DNA of 64,000 nucleotides from an uncultured Acidobacteriota bacterium (lineage in GTDB: Bacteria; Acidobacteriota; Blastocatellia; RBC074), in the NCBI GenBank assembly GCA_963796275.1, contig CAWCKY010000006.1, positions 1,248,001 to 1,312,000 on the forward strand, given 5' to 3'. The notes under the pieces were generated by a model. The model was not told the origin of the DNA and searched no databases. It was given only the letters and a program-made list of their open reading frames with translations. The position numbers and the translations under genes were made by a program. Positions 1 through 10,809 of the stretch are shown in pieces (within the stretch, counting starts at the first letter, position 1; each line of letters opens with the position of its first letter).

Positions 1-1
1 T

Positions 2-1075
2 ATTGATAAGGGTGCAGTTAGCGCAACCGCTCCGGCCTGGCGGACCGATGTCAATATCGAAGAGGACTTGATCGAGGAGATCGCGCGGATCTCCGGTTAC
101 GATAACCTCAGGACGAGCCTGCCTGGAAGCGCGGGCGCGGGGGCTTATCTAAAGAATGAAGAATCCAGGCGGGCGGCGCGCAATACGCTGACGGCGCTCG
201 GTTACAGCGAGGCGATCAGCTTCAGCTTCGTCAACGAGGAGTCCGATGGAGAGGTGAGCGAATACACCTCTGATAGGCGGCTCGCATTGCAGAATCCAAT
301 AGATGAGACGCAATCTCATATGCGGACGGTTTTGCTGGGCGGCTTGCTCAAAGCCTTGGAACACAATTTCAATCGTGGCACCCGCAACGTACGGTTGTTC
401 GAGATCGGCAAATGTTTTGTCGATATGAACGATGTCAGGCCGGATGAGATCGAGCGTCTGGCGCTGGTCGCGACCGGCGCGCGCAATGAAGCGGACTGGC
501 TGGCTGCCAGGGCGACTATCGATTTCTACGACATGAAAGGTGCGGTCGAGGCGGTTTGCGAAAAATTAGGGCTTCCCGAATTCGCGGTTGCCCCCGTCCG
601 GGATGTCCCCTATTTGCATCCGGGCAGGGCTGCGATAATATCCTTGGGAGGATACGATGTCGGACGTATCGGACAGCTTCATCCACGGGTCGGTGCAAAT
701 TACAAGTTCAAACAGCCTGTCTTTGTGGCAGAGCTCGTTTTCAGGGAATTGTTATCGGCGGATCGGACGCAGATACGTTATCAACCGCTGCCGAAATTCC
801 CGGCCGTGATTCGCGACCTCGCGCTTTTAATCGATGCTGATATACCTTTTGCTGAGATTGAGGGCGCGATCAGAGACCTCAGAATTCCGGAGCTGGTCAG
901 CATCAGACTATTCGATCTGTATGAAGGTAAGGATTTGCCGAGAGGCAAGCACTCGATAGCGCTCTCGCTGCGTTATCGGGCAACCGACCGAACGCTGACA
1001 GACGACGAGGTCAATGACGAGCACGAACGGGTTATCAAAACATTGAAGCGGCGATTTGCAGTTGAAATACGATGA
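2..1075 (+). CDS. pheT: Phenylalanine--tRNA ligase beta subunit, C-terminal part (5' end outside window)
   Basis: Frame open from base 2: [40 protein letters not shown], and the C-terminal FDX-ACB anticodon-binding domain ([26 protein letters not shown]). Confidence 0.97.
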   Translation: MDKGAVSATAPAWRTDVNIEEDLIEEIARISGYDNLRTSLPGSAGAGAYLKNEESRRAARNTLTALGYSEAISFSFVNEESDGEVSEYTSDRRLALQNPIDETQSHMRTVLLGGLLKALEHNFNRGTRNVRLFEIGKCFVDMNDVRPDEIERLALVATGARNEADWLAARATIDFYDMKGAVEAVCEKLGLPEFAVAPVRDVPYLHPGRAAIISLGGYDVGRIGQLHPRVGANYKFKQPVFVAELVFRELLSADRTQIRYQPLPKFPAVIRDLALLIDADIPFAEIEGAIRDLRIPELVSIRLFDLYEGKDLPRGKHSIALSLRYRATDRTLTDDEVNDEHERVIKTLKRRFAVEIR

Positions 1076-1341
1076 TCGGATTGGAAAAATTCTCGCATCT
1101 TGAAGACAAAATCCATCGCACGGTCGAATTGTGCAAAGCGCTCGAACAAGAGAAGGAGAACCTCGAACGGGAATTCGAGAAGGTTGGCAAAATTATCGCA
1201 GATCTGAAGAAGGATAATATTGATCTGGAAAGACAAATTGAGCGGTTGATCAGAGACCGTGAATCGATGCAATTGAAGGTCGAAGCAATGCTCGATGCAA
1301 TCGCGATGCTCGAGATGGAGGCCGAATCGGTGAAGAAGTAG
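1072..1341 (+). CDS. Small coiled-coil protein, ZapB-like cell division protein
   Basis: 89-aa all-helical coiled coil overlapping the pheT stop (ATGA) and directly upstream of zapA. Confidence 0.65.
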   Translation: MIGLEKFSHLEDKIHRTVELCKALEQEKENLEREFEKVGKIIADLKKDNIDLERQIERLIRDRESMQLKVEAMLDAIAMLEMEAESVKK

Positions 1342-1465
1342 AGATTTACTGCAAACGAAAGAAATCGGGAGACAGAATTCTAAAGCAGAATAATGCTCAT
1401 CGGATGAGTTCTGACTTCTGAATGCATCTTCATTTGTGGCGAACCCTCGCTGATCGAGGATCAAT

Positions 1466-1780
1466 ATGGAGAATCAAGGGCATAAGACGGTTAACGTCAA
1501 AATATACAACCAGAGCTATAGCATTCGGGCTGGCGACGGCAACGTTGAGCGCACACAGCAGCTGGCGGCGCTGGTCGACAACCAGATGCGCGAGATTGCC
1601 AAAGGTGCGCTGACGGCCGATTCGCTCAAAGTCGCGATTCTGGCGGCGCTGCATATCGCTGATGAGCTCGATCGGGCGAACAATAAATACGAGGAATTGA
1701 ATCAAACTATCGCGGTTCGGAGCACGGAATGTGCCGAACTACTCGATCAAGTTCTCAAGAGCCCCAAGAGGGACACGTGA
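1466..1780 (+). CDS. zapA: Cell division protein ZapA
   Basis: [35 protein letters not shown] match the ZapA pattern; pheT-zapA synteny. Confidence 0.92.
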   Translation: MENQGHKTVNVKIYNQSYSIRAGDGNVERTQQLAALVDNQMREIAKGALTADSLKVAILAALHIADELDRANNKYEELNQTIAVRSTECAELLDQVLKSPKRDT

Positions 1781-3465
1781 AAAAGTTAATTCTGATAGGC
1801 TTAATTTTCGCAGTCGCCGGGATGTATTATCCGCAAGACTCACAGGCGCAGCGCAAGCCGGCGAAAGCGCCGTCAGCGAAAGTTAAATCGACATCGAAAC
1901 CCGGTAAAATAGGTGAATTCGGTAATGTCGAGGGTATAACGGCTTCTCAGTTAAAAGATTATCTATACTTCATCTCATCCGATGAAATGGGGGGACGCAG
2001 CACACCATCGCGCGGGCTCGATTTGACCGCAAAGTTCATCGCTTTAAACCTTTCGCGTTGGGGGCTCAAACCCGCAGGAACGGATGGAACTTTTTTCCAA
2101 AAATTCGGACTAGAGCAACGACAATTATTTCCCGATAAAACGAGCGCCAGTATCGGCGGACAGAGCTTTAAAATCGCGGATGATTTTCTTCCCCGGCCTA
2201 TTCCGGGAACAGCTACGGGCAAACTCGTCTATGTCGGTCATGGCAAGATACTCAAGTCGAAACAGATCGATCCTTATCGAGGGATCGATGTGAAAGATAA
2301 AATAATAGTAGTCGCTGACGGGTATCCGAAAGGCCTGAGCAACCGTGATTTCCGCGATGGGAAGCCGGGAGTAGATTATGACTTACCCGAAAACTATGCC
2401 GCTGCCCACGGAGCCAGAGGTGTCATTATCATTCCTAGTCCCTCGGGTTTGAATTTCTGGAATCAACGCTATCTTTCCTATTTGCATCCCAGATCGCCCG
2501 TTCCCATTGCCATTCAAAAGGAGAACAAGGTGCCCACAATTATCGCCACAGCGAATATGGCGAATGCCATCCTAACAGGCGAAAAGATCGATTATACGGG
2601 GGTAATGAAACAGTTGGAGACCGGGGAATTCAGCGAATCATTCGATCTAGGTCCTGGAAAAGAGGCTGCGTTCACGGTAGCCGCCAAGGTTGAAACGATT
2701 CTTACGCAAAATGTCGTGGCGGTGCTCGAAGGCAGCGATCCGGCCCTGAAAGCGGAATACGTCTCGATCGGGGCACATTACGACCACGTCGGAGACGACC
2801 CGAAGGAAGGTTGCAGACAAATCGGCGATGATTCCATTTGCAATGGCGCGGATGACGATGGTTCGGGTACGGTAGCCGTGCTGGCGATGGCCGAAGCGCT
2901 CTCGCAAGGGCCGCGCCCGAAAAGGTCGATACTTTTCGTCTGGCACGCCGGAGAGGAGAAGGGATTATGGGGATCGGATTTTGTCACTGCCCATCCACCA
3001 GTTCCTATCAATAAGATAATCACTCAACTGAATATCGATATGATAGGCCGCAGTAAAAAAGAGGGAAACACCAATCCGAGGAACAGGAATCTGACCGGCC
3101 CGGATGAAATCTATGTCATCGGATCGAAGATAATGAGCACCGAACTGGGCGAGTTGAGCGACGCGGTGAACAGATCTTTCCTCAACCTGAAATTCAATTA
3201 CAAATACGATGCCCCACGCGATCCGGAAGGGCTATTCTATCGCAGCGACCATTTCAACTATGCGAAGCGAGGCATCCCGATAATCTTCTACTTCGACGGT
3301 GTACATGAGGATTATCATATGCCTACGGATACGGCGGACAAGATCGATTATGACAAGATGGAGAAGGTCTCGCGTACGATTTTCGCTACACTATGGAAAC
3401 TGGCAAATGGACCGAGCCGGCCAAAAGTCGATAAGCCGATGCCGGCCCAGCTGTTGGGAAATTGA
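1777..3465 (+). CDS. Secreted M28 family metallopeptidase with PA domain
   Basis: GTG start overlapping the zapA stop, signal peptide, and motifs [41 protein letters not shown]. Confidence 0.92.
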   Translation: MKKLILIGLIFAVAGMYYPQDSQAQRKPAKAPSAKVKSTSKPGKIGEFGNVEGITASQLKDYLYFISSDEMGGRSTPSRGLDLTAKFIALNLSRWGLKPAGTDGTFFQKFGLEQRQLFPDKTSASIGGQSFKIADDFLPRPIPGTATGKLVYVGHGKILKSKQIDPYRGIDVKDKIIVVADGYPKGLSNRDFRDGKPGVDYDLPENYAAAHGARGVIIIPSPSGLNFWNQRYLSYLHPRSPVPIAIQKENKVPTIIATANMANAILTGEKIDYTGVMKQLETGEFSESFDLGPGKEAAFTVAAKVETILTQNVVAVLEGSDPALKAEYVSIGAHYDHVGDDPKEGCRQIGDDSICNGADDDGSGTVAVLAMAEALSQGPRPKRSILFVWHAGEEKGLWGSDFVTAHPPVPINKIITQLNIDMIGRSKKEGNTNPRNRNLTGPDEIYVIGSKIMSTELGELSDAVNRSFLNLKFNYKYDAPRDPEGLFYRSDHFNYAKRGIPIIFYFDGVHEDYHMPTDTADKIDYDKMEKVSRTIFATLWKLANGPSRPKVDKPMPAQLLGN

Positions 3466-3613
3466 ATGGAGCATATACAAATTAGAGTTGATTGTTATCA
3501 ATAGATTCTGAACGGCCAGGAGGACCCCGTTGTTTATGGTTTTGTCTCAGGGCCGAAACCATTGATTCCAGCGGCTTTTAATTTATACGCTTCAATTAAA
3601 TGGAGCAGAAACT

Positions 3614-4477
3614 ATGAAAAGTCACACGAAAAAACTGAGCTTTTTATTATCGCTAGCCGTGATGAGCTTGTTAACGGTCTCAACGCTCGCGCAGACGAAA
3701 AAGGACGACCACCACGAGCATCAACACGCCAACGAATCCAAGGTTGTAAAAGCCGGGAATTTTCTGGGCCAGGGCGATGGCCTTGAAACCTGTCCGGTGA
3801 CCGGAGATGCAATTCACAGCAAAGATATCAAGGGGGCATTTTTCGGGCGGACGGTCTATTTCTGCTGCCCGAGCTGTCTGGTCAGAGCCAAAAAGAGCCC
3901 GGCAGCCTATATGAAGAAGACTCAGAAAGAGCAGACTGCGGCAACGGCCAACCTGGTTGCGAAGAGCGAAGGCCACGATCACCACGGCGCGGCGGAGAAG
4001 TCAACGGGTAATCTAGCCAAGAGTGAAAATCCCGATGATCACGGCGCAGCCGAGCAGACGCAGGAGACAAAAAAAGGCGAGAAGCAGTTTTTAGGCAAAG
4101 GTGACGGCATCGAGTCATGCCCGGTGACAGGTGAGCCGGTAAATAAAGACATCAAAGTGGAGATCAATGGCCGTACAGTTTATGCTTGCTGCCCGGATTG
4201 CCTGGACACGGTCAAGAAAGACCCTGATCTGTATTTGAAGCAGGAGAGCGGCAACAAGAAAGAAGAGAAGAAACCTGAAAAGAAAGATGAAAAGAAAGAA
4301 CAGACTTTCCTGGGCAAGGGTGATGGGATCGAGACCTGTCCGGTGATGGGCATGCCGGTGGACAAGGATGTCAAAATGGTGATCAATGGCCGCACGATCT
4401 ACGCTTGCTGCCCCGGTTGTTTGGAGACGATTAAGGAAAACCCTGACCTTTATCTTAAGAAGACGGACAAGAAGTAA
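3614..4477 (+). CDS. Secreted protein with three YHS/TRASH-like (CPVxG...CCPxC) metal-binding domains and His-rich linkers
   Basis: Signal peptide; three repeats of FLGxGDGxExCPVxG...GRTxYxCCPxC...PxxY; linkers [18 protein letters not shown]. Confidence 0.75.
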   Translation: MKSHTKKLSFLLSLAVMSLLTVSTLAQTKKDDHHEHQHANESKVVKAGNFLGQGDGLETCPVTGDAIHSKDIKGAFFGRTVYFCCPSCLVRAKKSPAAYMKKTQKEQTAATANLVAKSEGHDHHGAAEKSTGNLAKSENPDDHGAAEQTQETKKGEKQFLGKGDGIESCPVTGEPVNKDIKVEINGRTVYACCPDCLDTVKKDPDLYLKQESGNKKEEKKPEKKDEKKEQTFLGKGDGIETCPVMGMPVDKDVKMVINGRTIYACCPGCLETIKENPDLYLKKTDKK

Positions 4478-4502
4478 CGTTCAAGAGATATCGTAAACTT
4501 CG

Positions 4503-4540
4503 GCGAGCTGTCTTGATTTTTATGAGTCAGGGCAGCTCGC
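4503..4540. terminator. Stem-loop after the YHS-like gene, probable terminator
   Basis: gcgagctgtcttgat...agtcagggcagctcgc inverted repeat about 25 nt after the stop; no strong U-tract. Confidence 0.5.
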
Positions 4541-4548
4541 TCGCGTTT

Positions 4549-5579
4549 GGAGTTCCGCCTTCAGGCGGTCGGGAAATCATCCGGAAAGATAAAGACCGCG
4601 TAAACGCGGAACTCCAAGCGCGAAGTTCGGAGTTTCCCTTCAGGCGGTCGGGAAATCATCCGAAAAGATAAAGACCAGGTAAACGCGGAACTCCAAACGC
4701 GATAGTTGGGAGTTTCGCCTTCAGGCGGTCGGGAAATCATCCGAAAAGATAAAGACCAGGTAAACGCGGAACTCCAAACGCGATAGTTGGGAGTTTCGCC
4801 TTCAGGCGGTCGGGAAATCATCCGGAAAGATAAAGACCGCGTAAACGCGGAGACTCCAAACGCGAAGTTCGGAGTCTCCCTTCAGGCGGTCGGGAAATCA
4901 TCCGGAAAGATAAAGACCGCGTAAACGCGGAACTCCAAACGCGAAGTTCGGAGTCTCCCTTCAGGCGGTCGGGAAATCATCCGGAAAGATAAAGACCGCG
5001 TAAACGCGGAACTCCAAGCGCGAAGTTCGGAGTTCCGCCTTCAGGCGGTCGGGAAATCATCCGAAAAGATAAAGACCAGGTAAACGCGGAACTCCAAGCG
5101 CGAAGTTCGGAGTTTCCCTTCAGGCGGTCGGGAAATCATCCGGAAAGATAAAGACCAGGTAAACGCGGAACTCCAAGCGCGAAGTTCGGAGTTTCCCTTC
5201 AGGCGGTCGGGAAATCATCCGGAAAGATAAAGACCGCGTAAACGCGGAACTCCAAACGCGAAGTTCGGAGTTCCGCCTTCAGGCGGTCGGGAAATCATCC
5301 GAAAAGATAAAGACCAGGTAAACGCGGAACTCCAAGCGCGAAGTTCGGAGTTCCGCCTTCAGGCGGTCGGGAAATCATCCGGAAAGATAAAGACCGCGTA
5401 AACGCGGAACTCCAAACGCGATAGTTGGGAGTTCCGCCTTCAGGCGGTCGGGAAATCATCCGGAAAGATAAAGACCGTGTAAACGCGGAACTCCGAGCGC
5501 GAAGTTCGGAGTTTCGCCTTCAGGCGGTCGGGAAATCATCCGAAAAGATAAAGACCGCGTAAACGCGGAACTCCAAACG
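4549..5579. repeat. Tandem array of 13 copies of a 79-81 bp REP-like palindromic unit
   Basis: Units start at about 4549, 4629, 4709, 4790, 4871, 4950, 5029, 5109, 5188, 5267, 5347, 5428 and 5508. Consensus ggagttccgccttcaggcggtcgggaaatcatccggaaagataaagaccgcgtaaacgcggaactccaarcgcgaagttc; each unit folds (ggagttccgc/gcggaactcc; gcggtc/gaccgc). No unique spacers. Confidence 0.95.
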
Positions 5580-5613
5580 GAGAACCCAAAACGGGAAACT
5601 CCAAACGTTCGAG

Positions 5614-7239
5614 TTAGATAGGCAACTGGTAGTCCTTGTATTTTTCGCGCAGCACTTTTTTATCGAACTTACCCACGCTGGTCTTCGGCACCGCGTCAAT
5701 AAAGAGTATCTCGTCAGGCATCCACCATTTTGCGAATTCTCGACCCAGGTGCTGGTATATCTGTTCTTTGGTTACCTCGACGCCGGATTTCTTCACCACA
5801 CACGCCAGCGGTCGTTCCTGCCATTTCGGATGAAAGATGGCGATGACTGCGGCTTCTGCCACGCCGGGGATCGCCATAATCGAGTTCTCCAGATCGACTG
5901 ACGATATCCACTCGCCGCCGCTTTTAACCAGGTCTTTAGACCGGTCTGCAATGGCTATGTAACCCTCATTATCGATTGTAACGACGTCACCCGTATCGAG
6001 CCATCCGTCGGGAAATTTGTCAGGCGTTGGTTCCTGTTTGTAATATGTGGATGCGACCCAAGGGCCGCGAATCAGCAATCGCCCCATTGCAATGCCGTCG
6101 TGCGGGATTTCATCGCAGGCGTCATTGACGACTCGCAGCTGCAGTCCGGGCGCTTGAATGCCGGCTCGCTGTTTGACATCGAGCACTTGTTCGCGCGACC
6201 AGTCCTTCATTTCAGGCTTTGTTCGGCAGACTGTGCCGAGCGGACTGGTCTCGGTCATGCCCCAGGACTGAATGAAATTGACTCCGAGGTTGGTCTCATA
6301 CCAATCGATCAGGGCGCGCGGCGGAGCAGATCCCCCGCAGACCATTGCGCGCAAACTCGACAGATCGTATCTACCAGGATTCTGCTGCAACTCGCTCATT
6401 ACGCCCAGCCAGATCGTCGGGACGCCACTGGTGAAGGTCACTTTTTCATCCTGAATCAATCGACAGACGGAAGCGCCATCCATCGTCGGGCCTGGGAATA
6501 CCTGCTTAATCCCCAGCATGGTGGCGATGTATGGCATGCCCCAGGCATTGGCGTGGAACATCGGCACAACGGCCATCATCACATCGTTACGTGACAGGCC
6601 GAGCATGTCCGGTAACGCGACCGTGATCGTATGTATATAGTTCGAGCGATGCGTGTACATCACGCCCTTCGGATTACCGGTAGTGCCGCTCGTGTAGCAC
6701 AAGCCCATCGGTGCATATTCATCGATTTCCGGCCAGTTGAACTCCGGGCTTTCCGCGCCGATCAACGTTTCGTAATCGTGCGCGGGGGCGAAGCTTGTGT
6801 TGAATGCGCTCGTGTTGCTCATTACGATGAAATGTTTTACGGTCGGGATTTTTCCGGCGAGCTTCTCGAGCAGCGGGAGCAACTCTTCATCGATGCAGAT
6901 GACCGAATCCTCAGCGTGATTGATGATGTATTCGAGATCATTGGCCGAGAGTCGCAGATTTAGAGTATGCAGCACTGCGCCCATGCAGGGAACCGCATGG
7001 TAGATTTCGAGATGGCGGTAGCCATTCCAGGCGAAGGTGGCTACACGGTCACCCTGCTTTACGCCCAACCTGGTCAGGGCGTTGGCAAGTTGACGCACCC
7101 GTTTGCCCAGGTCTGCATAGGTGTACCGATGGATCGTGTCGCGCATCTTCGATACGATCTCGACGTTGGGTGCTAGCTGAGGCCCGCGATCCATCAGGAC
7201 CGGCATGGTCAGTGGGGAGTTCATCATTGTATTCTTCAT
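5614..7239 (-). CDS. Medium/long-chain fatty acid--CoA ligase (AlkK/DmdB-like adenylate-forming enzyme)
   Basis: AMP-binding YTSGTTGNPKG, VPMFHANAWG, WGMTETSP, WLDTGD, DRSKDLVKSGGEWISS, PKTSVGKFDK. Confidence 0.93.
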   Translation of the reverse strand: MKNTMMNSPLTMPVLMDRGPQLAPNVEIVSKMRDTIHRYTYADLGKRVRQLANALTRLGVKQGDRVATFAWNGYRHLEIYHAVPCMGAVLHTLNLRLSANDLEYIINHAEDSVICIDEELLPLLEKLAGKIPTVKHFIVMSNTSAFNTSFAPAHDYETLIGAESPEFNWPEIDEYAPMGLCYTSGTTGNPKGVMYTHRSNYIHTITVALPDMLGLSRNDVMMAVVPMFHANAWGMPYIATMLGIKQVFPGPTMDGASVCRLIQDEKVTFTSGVPTIWLGVMSELQQNPGRYDLSSLRAMVCGGSAPPRALIDWYETNLGVNFIQSWGMTETSPLGTVCRTKPEMKDWSREQVLDVKQRAGIQAPGLQLRVVNDACDEIPHDGIAMGRLLIRGPWVASTYYKQEPTPDKFPDGWLDTGDVVTIDNEGYIAIADRSKDLVKSGGEWISSVDLENSIMAIPGVAEAAVIAIFHPKWQERPLACVVKKSGVEVTKEQIYQHLGREFAKWWMPDEILFIDAVPKTSVGKFDKKVLREKYKDYQLPI

Positions 7240-7386
7240 AGTTAATCGATAATTCCGCCCAGTTTGAGTATGAAGCCTCTTAGCAAAGGCTCGCCCGATA
7301 CTTCTTCAGGTTTATCGAGAATTTCGACGGCTCTATTCGGCCAACGATTGAGTGCACAAATATTTTTCAATCTTAGTATTAAACGC

Positions 7387-8901
7387 TCAGAAAACCGGGT
7401 CGGCCAGCTTCGCCAGGATTTCCGCCGAAGCCTTCTCGACATCCGCGTGCAATGAATTCCCGTGCGCGTCCATCGTGACGATCGCCGGAAAATCCGTCAC
7501 ACGCAAATGCCACATCGCTTCGGGAATGCCGAATTCGAGCAGGTTGACATCGAGCACCTCGTCGATGCATTTGGCATAAAATTGGGCTGCGCCGCCGATG
7601 GCGTTCAAATAGACCGCGCCGTGCTCCCTCATCGCAGCCAGCGTCTTCGCTCCCATTCCTCCTTTGCCGATGACCACTCGAACGCCATAGCGCCTGATGA
7701 TATCCCCCTGGTACGGTTCTTCCCGGATGCTCGTTGTCGGGCCTGCGGCGGTGATCTTGTAATTGCCGTTCTTCATAACGACCGGGCCGCAGTGGTAAAG
7801 CACCGAGCCCTGAAGATCGACCGGCGGATCATTTTTCATAAGGTACGCGTGCACGGCATCGCGGCCGGTGTACATGTCTCCCGAGACGAGCACCACCTCG
7901 CCGACTCGCAGTTCCCGCACCTGATCTTCAGCCAACGGGGCACGCAGGATTTTTTCTTTACCCGTGCGGACGAAACCGCCGTCGCGCGCCATAGGGATAT
8001 TGGTGTCATCGCGGTAGAGCCAGCGATTGATCGCGCCGGTCTTCGCATCGAGTACGACGCCCAGCCTGCGGAATGCCCAGCAGTCATAAGCGACGGAGAC
8101 GAAAAAGCTCGCGGGCAGGCGATTCATCATCCCGACCTTGCAGCCGATCAAAGTGGTACTGCCGCCGAAACCCATTGTGCCAATCCCCAGAGTGTTGGCC
8201 GTCTGCATGATGTAATCTTCCAGTCTGGCCAGTTCCGGGTTCGGATTGGTATCGTCGAGAGTGCGAAAAAGTTGTTCTTTGGCGTGCTGATATCCGGTCG
8301 TGCGGTCGCCCCCGATACAGACTCCAAGGGCGCCTGCGCTGCAGCCCTGTCCCTGGGCTTGCCACACTGCGTGCAGGATGCATTTCCGAACGCCGTCCAG
8401 GTCGCGGCCGGCCTTGCCGAGATGCTGCAATTCTGAAGGAAGGGAATATTGAATATTTTTGTTTTCGCATCCACCGCCCTTGAGCAGAAGCTTGACCTCG
8501 ATTTCGCCCTCGTTCTCCCACTGTTCGAAGTGCATCGTCGGACTTCCGGGCCCCAAATTATCGCCGCTGTTTTTACCGGTTATCGAATCGACCGAGTTCG
8601 GACGCAGCTTGCCGCGTTTGGTGGCTTCGGCGATCGCCTCCCGGATCTCCTTCTTCATCACGATCTGGTTTGCGCCGACCGGAGTTTTGATCTCGAATGT
8701 CGGCCAGCCCGTATCCTGGCAAATCGGCCCTTCGTGGTCACTGGACATATCGATGTTAGTCGCAATGACATTCAGCGCCTGGGTTGAGCGCGCGCCATCT
8801 TCCGCCTCAATCGCGCGAGCCATAGCTCGCCTCACATCGGGCGGAAGATTGGTCGATGTTTGTGAAATTAATTGCAGGATACTGTCTCGGAAACCTTTCA
8901 T
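7387..8901 (-). CDS. fumA: Class I Fe-S fumarate hydratase (fused alpha/beta)
   Basis: PICQDTG, KGGGCEN, GIGTMGFGG, TGRD, YHCGP, AGPTTSIRE, GKGG and MDAHGNSL motifs. Confidence 0.9.
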   Translation of the reverse strand: MKGFRDSILQLISQTSTNLPPDVRRAMARAIEAEDGARSTQALNVIATNIDMSSDHEGPICQDTGWPTFEIKTPVGANQIVMKKEIREAIAEATKRGKLRPNSVDSITGKNSGDNLGPGSPTMHFEQWENEGEIEVKLLLKGGGCENKNIQYSLPSELQHLGKAGRDLDGVRKCILHAVWQAQGQGCSAGALGVCIGGDRTTGYQHAKEQLFRTLDDTNPNPELARLEDYIMQTANTLGIGTMGFGGSTTLIGCKVGMMNRLPASFFVSVAYDCWAFRRLGVVLDAKTGAINRWLYRDDTNIPMARDGGFVRTGKEKILRAPLAEDQVRELRVGEVVLVSGDMYTGRDAVHAYLMKNDPPVDLQGSVLYHCGPVVMKNGNYKITAAGPTTSIREEPYQGDIIRRYGVRVVIGKGGMGAKTLAAMREHGAVYLNAIGGAAQFYAKCIDEVLDVNLLEFGIPEAMWHLRVTDFPAIVTMDAHGNSLHADVEKASAEILAKLADPVF

Positions 8902-8988
8902 CTTTTTCTTCCTCTTTGTAATGTTTCAGGGGTTGGTTTGGCGCGGATAATTTACCACTTTAAAGTCGGGTCTCATAACGAAAGACGA

Positions 8989-10749
8989 ATGGAAACAAAA
9001 AAGGCAAATAATGGAAAAAAGTACAAAAATCTAAGGATTTTTGCATTTATTATCCCACTATGTCTATTTAGTTTCCCTTCTATTATCTGTATCGGTCTAT
9101 CGTCACTCGCCGTGTTACCTTTTTTTGTCATTGGAGAGGACCCTGCGGTCGGTTGTTGCGGCGGTGAGATGCCCGTCACTCACGACGGCGCGATGCACTA
9201 CAATCAGATGCGGTCGTTCAGTGATGGCCTGGCGGCGGGCCGCGTCTTTCCCCGCTGGGAGAGCGAGACTCATTACGGCCACGGCGCTCCCACAACCAGC
9301 TTCTATCCGCCCGGCGTCTATTATTTAACATCGTTGTTTTATTGGCTGCTGGGCGATTGGCAGCGAGTGTTGATATGCTTGCATCTGGCGTTGATGATTG
9401 CATCAGGCGGCTCGATCTATTGGTATGCGCGGCAAACGATGTCGCGCGGCGCTTCGATAATGGCGATGGCCGTATACATCATTGCGCCATATCATTTGCT
9501 TAACCAGTATCAGCGCGGAGCAATCGCCGAACAGGTGAGTTTCGTCTGGATGCCCCTGATTTTGTTGTTCGCGGATCGATTATGCCGCGACAAGAGGTCG
9601 TTGCCGGATTTTGCCGCGCTGGCGATCGTCTTCGCGGCCTTCCTCTACTCACATCCTCCGACGGCATTTCAATTCGTTCTCGTCTTCGGATCGTGCTTTT
9701 CGATTTGGGCGATCAAGCAGGGCAATTGGCGGGGGCTCGGTTTAATCGCGCTCTCGCTCGCCGTCGGGTCTCTGATTGCGGCAGCTTATTTCTATCCCGC
9801 GATCGTCGAGCAGCCGCTGATCAATGCTGATGATGTCGAAAAAGCATGGCCATACCATTCGAGCTATGTCTTCGATTACGCGCAAAAATACTACGATCGA
9901 ATCAACGACCAATTTTTTATCAGGATAGATCGTATCTGGGTCTTCAGCGCAATAGCAATCGTTATAACCGGCCTCGTACTTCCGGTCGTCAGAAATCAAC
10001 TTAAATCCGTAGATCTGAGATCGAGCATGTTTTTTTGGATGGGAGCTGGAGCGTTGGCTGTATTCCTGATGACAAGGTATTCGTATCCGTTGGGCAATTT
10101 GATTCCGAAGATCGAGATCGGCGTTTTTTCCTGGAGGATGCTTTCGCTCGCCAGTTTGGCCATCGCATTACTTGCCGGTGCGTGCTGCCAGGCCGCCATC
10201 GATATGCTCGGCAAAAGAAAGGTTCCGGCGTTGTTCCTTTGCGCGGCATCATCCGGATTGATTCTTTCTGCTGGAATAGCCGTCAGCGCGTGGTACGTAG
10301 TGATGCCGATGTATCGTGTGGAAGCATTTAAACCGATCCCCGAGCATTACAACTATGCTACCTTACCTCGGGGTGTACCTCGCGATGTTCCCCAAATGGA
10401 ACCGGCACAGTTGGTTCTCGGGGAAGGGCGTGTGGAAGTTGAGTTATGGCAGCCCGAGTTTCGACGGCTAAAGGTTGAGATCAATAGAGCAGCTCAATTG
10501 CAATTCCGAACCTCGAACTATCTCGGCTGGACTGCATTTGTCGATGGGAAAGTAACGGAGATAAAAACCGGCGATGCTGGAATGATAGTTATCGATCTGC
10601 CGGCTGGAGAGCATAACATCACACTCGATTATCGCTTCACTCCAATCCGCCTGGTGAGCGTCTGGATCACACTGATCTCATCGGGATGGTTGTTTTCGTT
10701 AGTTGTTATCGCTAAATGGAAGAGCAGGGCACGTAATGATATGGAGTAG
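8989..10749 (+). CDS. Polytopic membrane protein, 6-pyruvoyl-tetrahydropterin synthase-related / YfhO-like (GT-C-type)
   Basis: THDGAMH...FPRW...GHGAP..FYPP, APYHLLNQYQRGAIAE, many TM helices, C-terminal NYLGWTAFVDG..LPAGEH. Start codon uncertain. Confidence 0.75.
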   Translation: METKKANNGKKYKNLRIFAFIIPLCLFSFPSIICIGLSSLAVLPFFVIGEDPAVGCCGGEMPVTHDGAMHYNQMRSFSDGLAAGRVFPRWESETHYGHGAPTTSFYPPGVYYLTSLFYWLLGDWQRVLICLHLALMIASGGSIYWYARQTMSRGASIMAMAVYIIAPYHLLNQYQRGAIAEQVSFVWMPLILLFADRLCRDKRSLPDFAALAIVFAAFLYSHPPTAFQFVLVFGSCFSIWAIKQGNWRGLGLIALSLAVGSLIAAAYFYPAIVEQPLINADDVEKAWPYHSSYVFDYAQKYYDRINDQFFIRIDRIWVFSAIAIVITGLVLPVVRNQLKSVDLRSSMFFWMGAGALAVFLMTRYSYPLGNLIPKIEIGVFSWRMLSLASLAIALLAGACCQAAIDMLGKRKVPALFLCAASSGLILSAGIAVSAWYVVMPMYRVEAFKPIPEHYNYATLPRGVPRDVPQMEPAQLVLGEGRVEVELWQPEFRRLKVEINRAAQLQFRTSNYLGWTAFVDGKVTEIKTGDAGMIVIDLPAGEHNITLDYRFTPIRLVSVWITLISSGWLFSLVVIAKWKSRARNDME

Positions 10750-10809
10750 TCTGGTGAGGAATGGTATTTATTGACATTCAGTTTGGTTCGTTTAACGCCC
10801 ATGCCGAAT

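Noticed and set aside
1342-1780. 6S RNA (ssrS), often found next to zapA
   Set aside because: zapA overlaps the next gene, and the 124-nt upstream spacer is too short and lacks the long 6S rod structure.
4561-4821. Repetitive 86-aa ORF (MISRPPEG...) on the minus strand
   Set aside because: Translation by-product of the DNA repeat; indels between units break the frame and there is no RBS.
4549-5579. CRISPR array
   Set aside because: The whole 80-bp unit repeats with no unique spacers, and no cas genes are in the window.
7462-8436. Long antisense ORFs over fumA, nuoD, nuoL, CRTAC1 and others
   Set aside because: Expected in high-GC genes with strong codon bias; no independent coding evidence.
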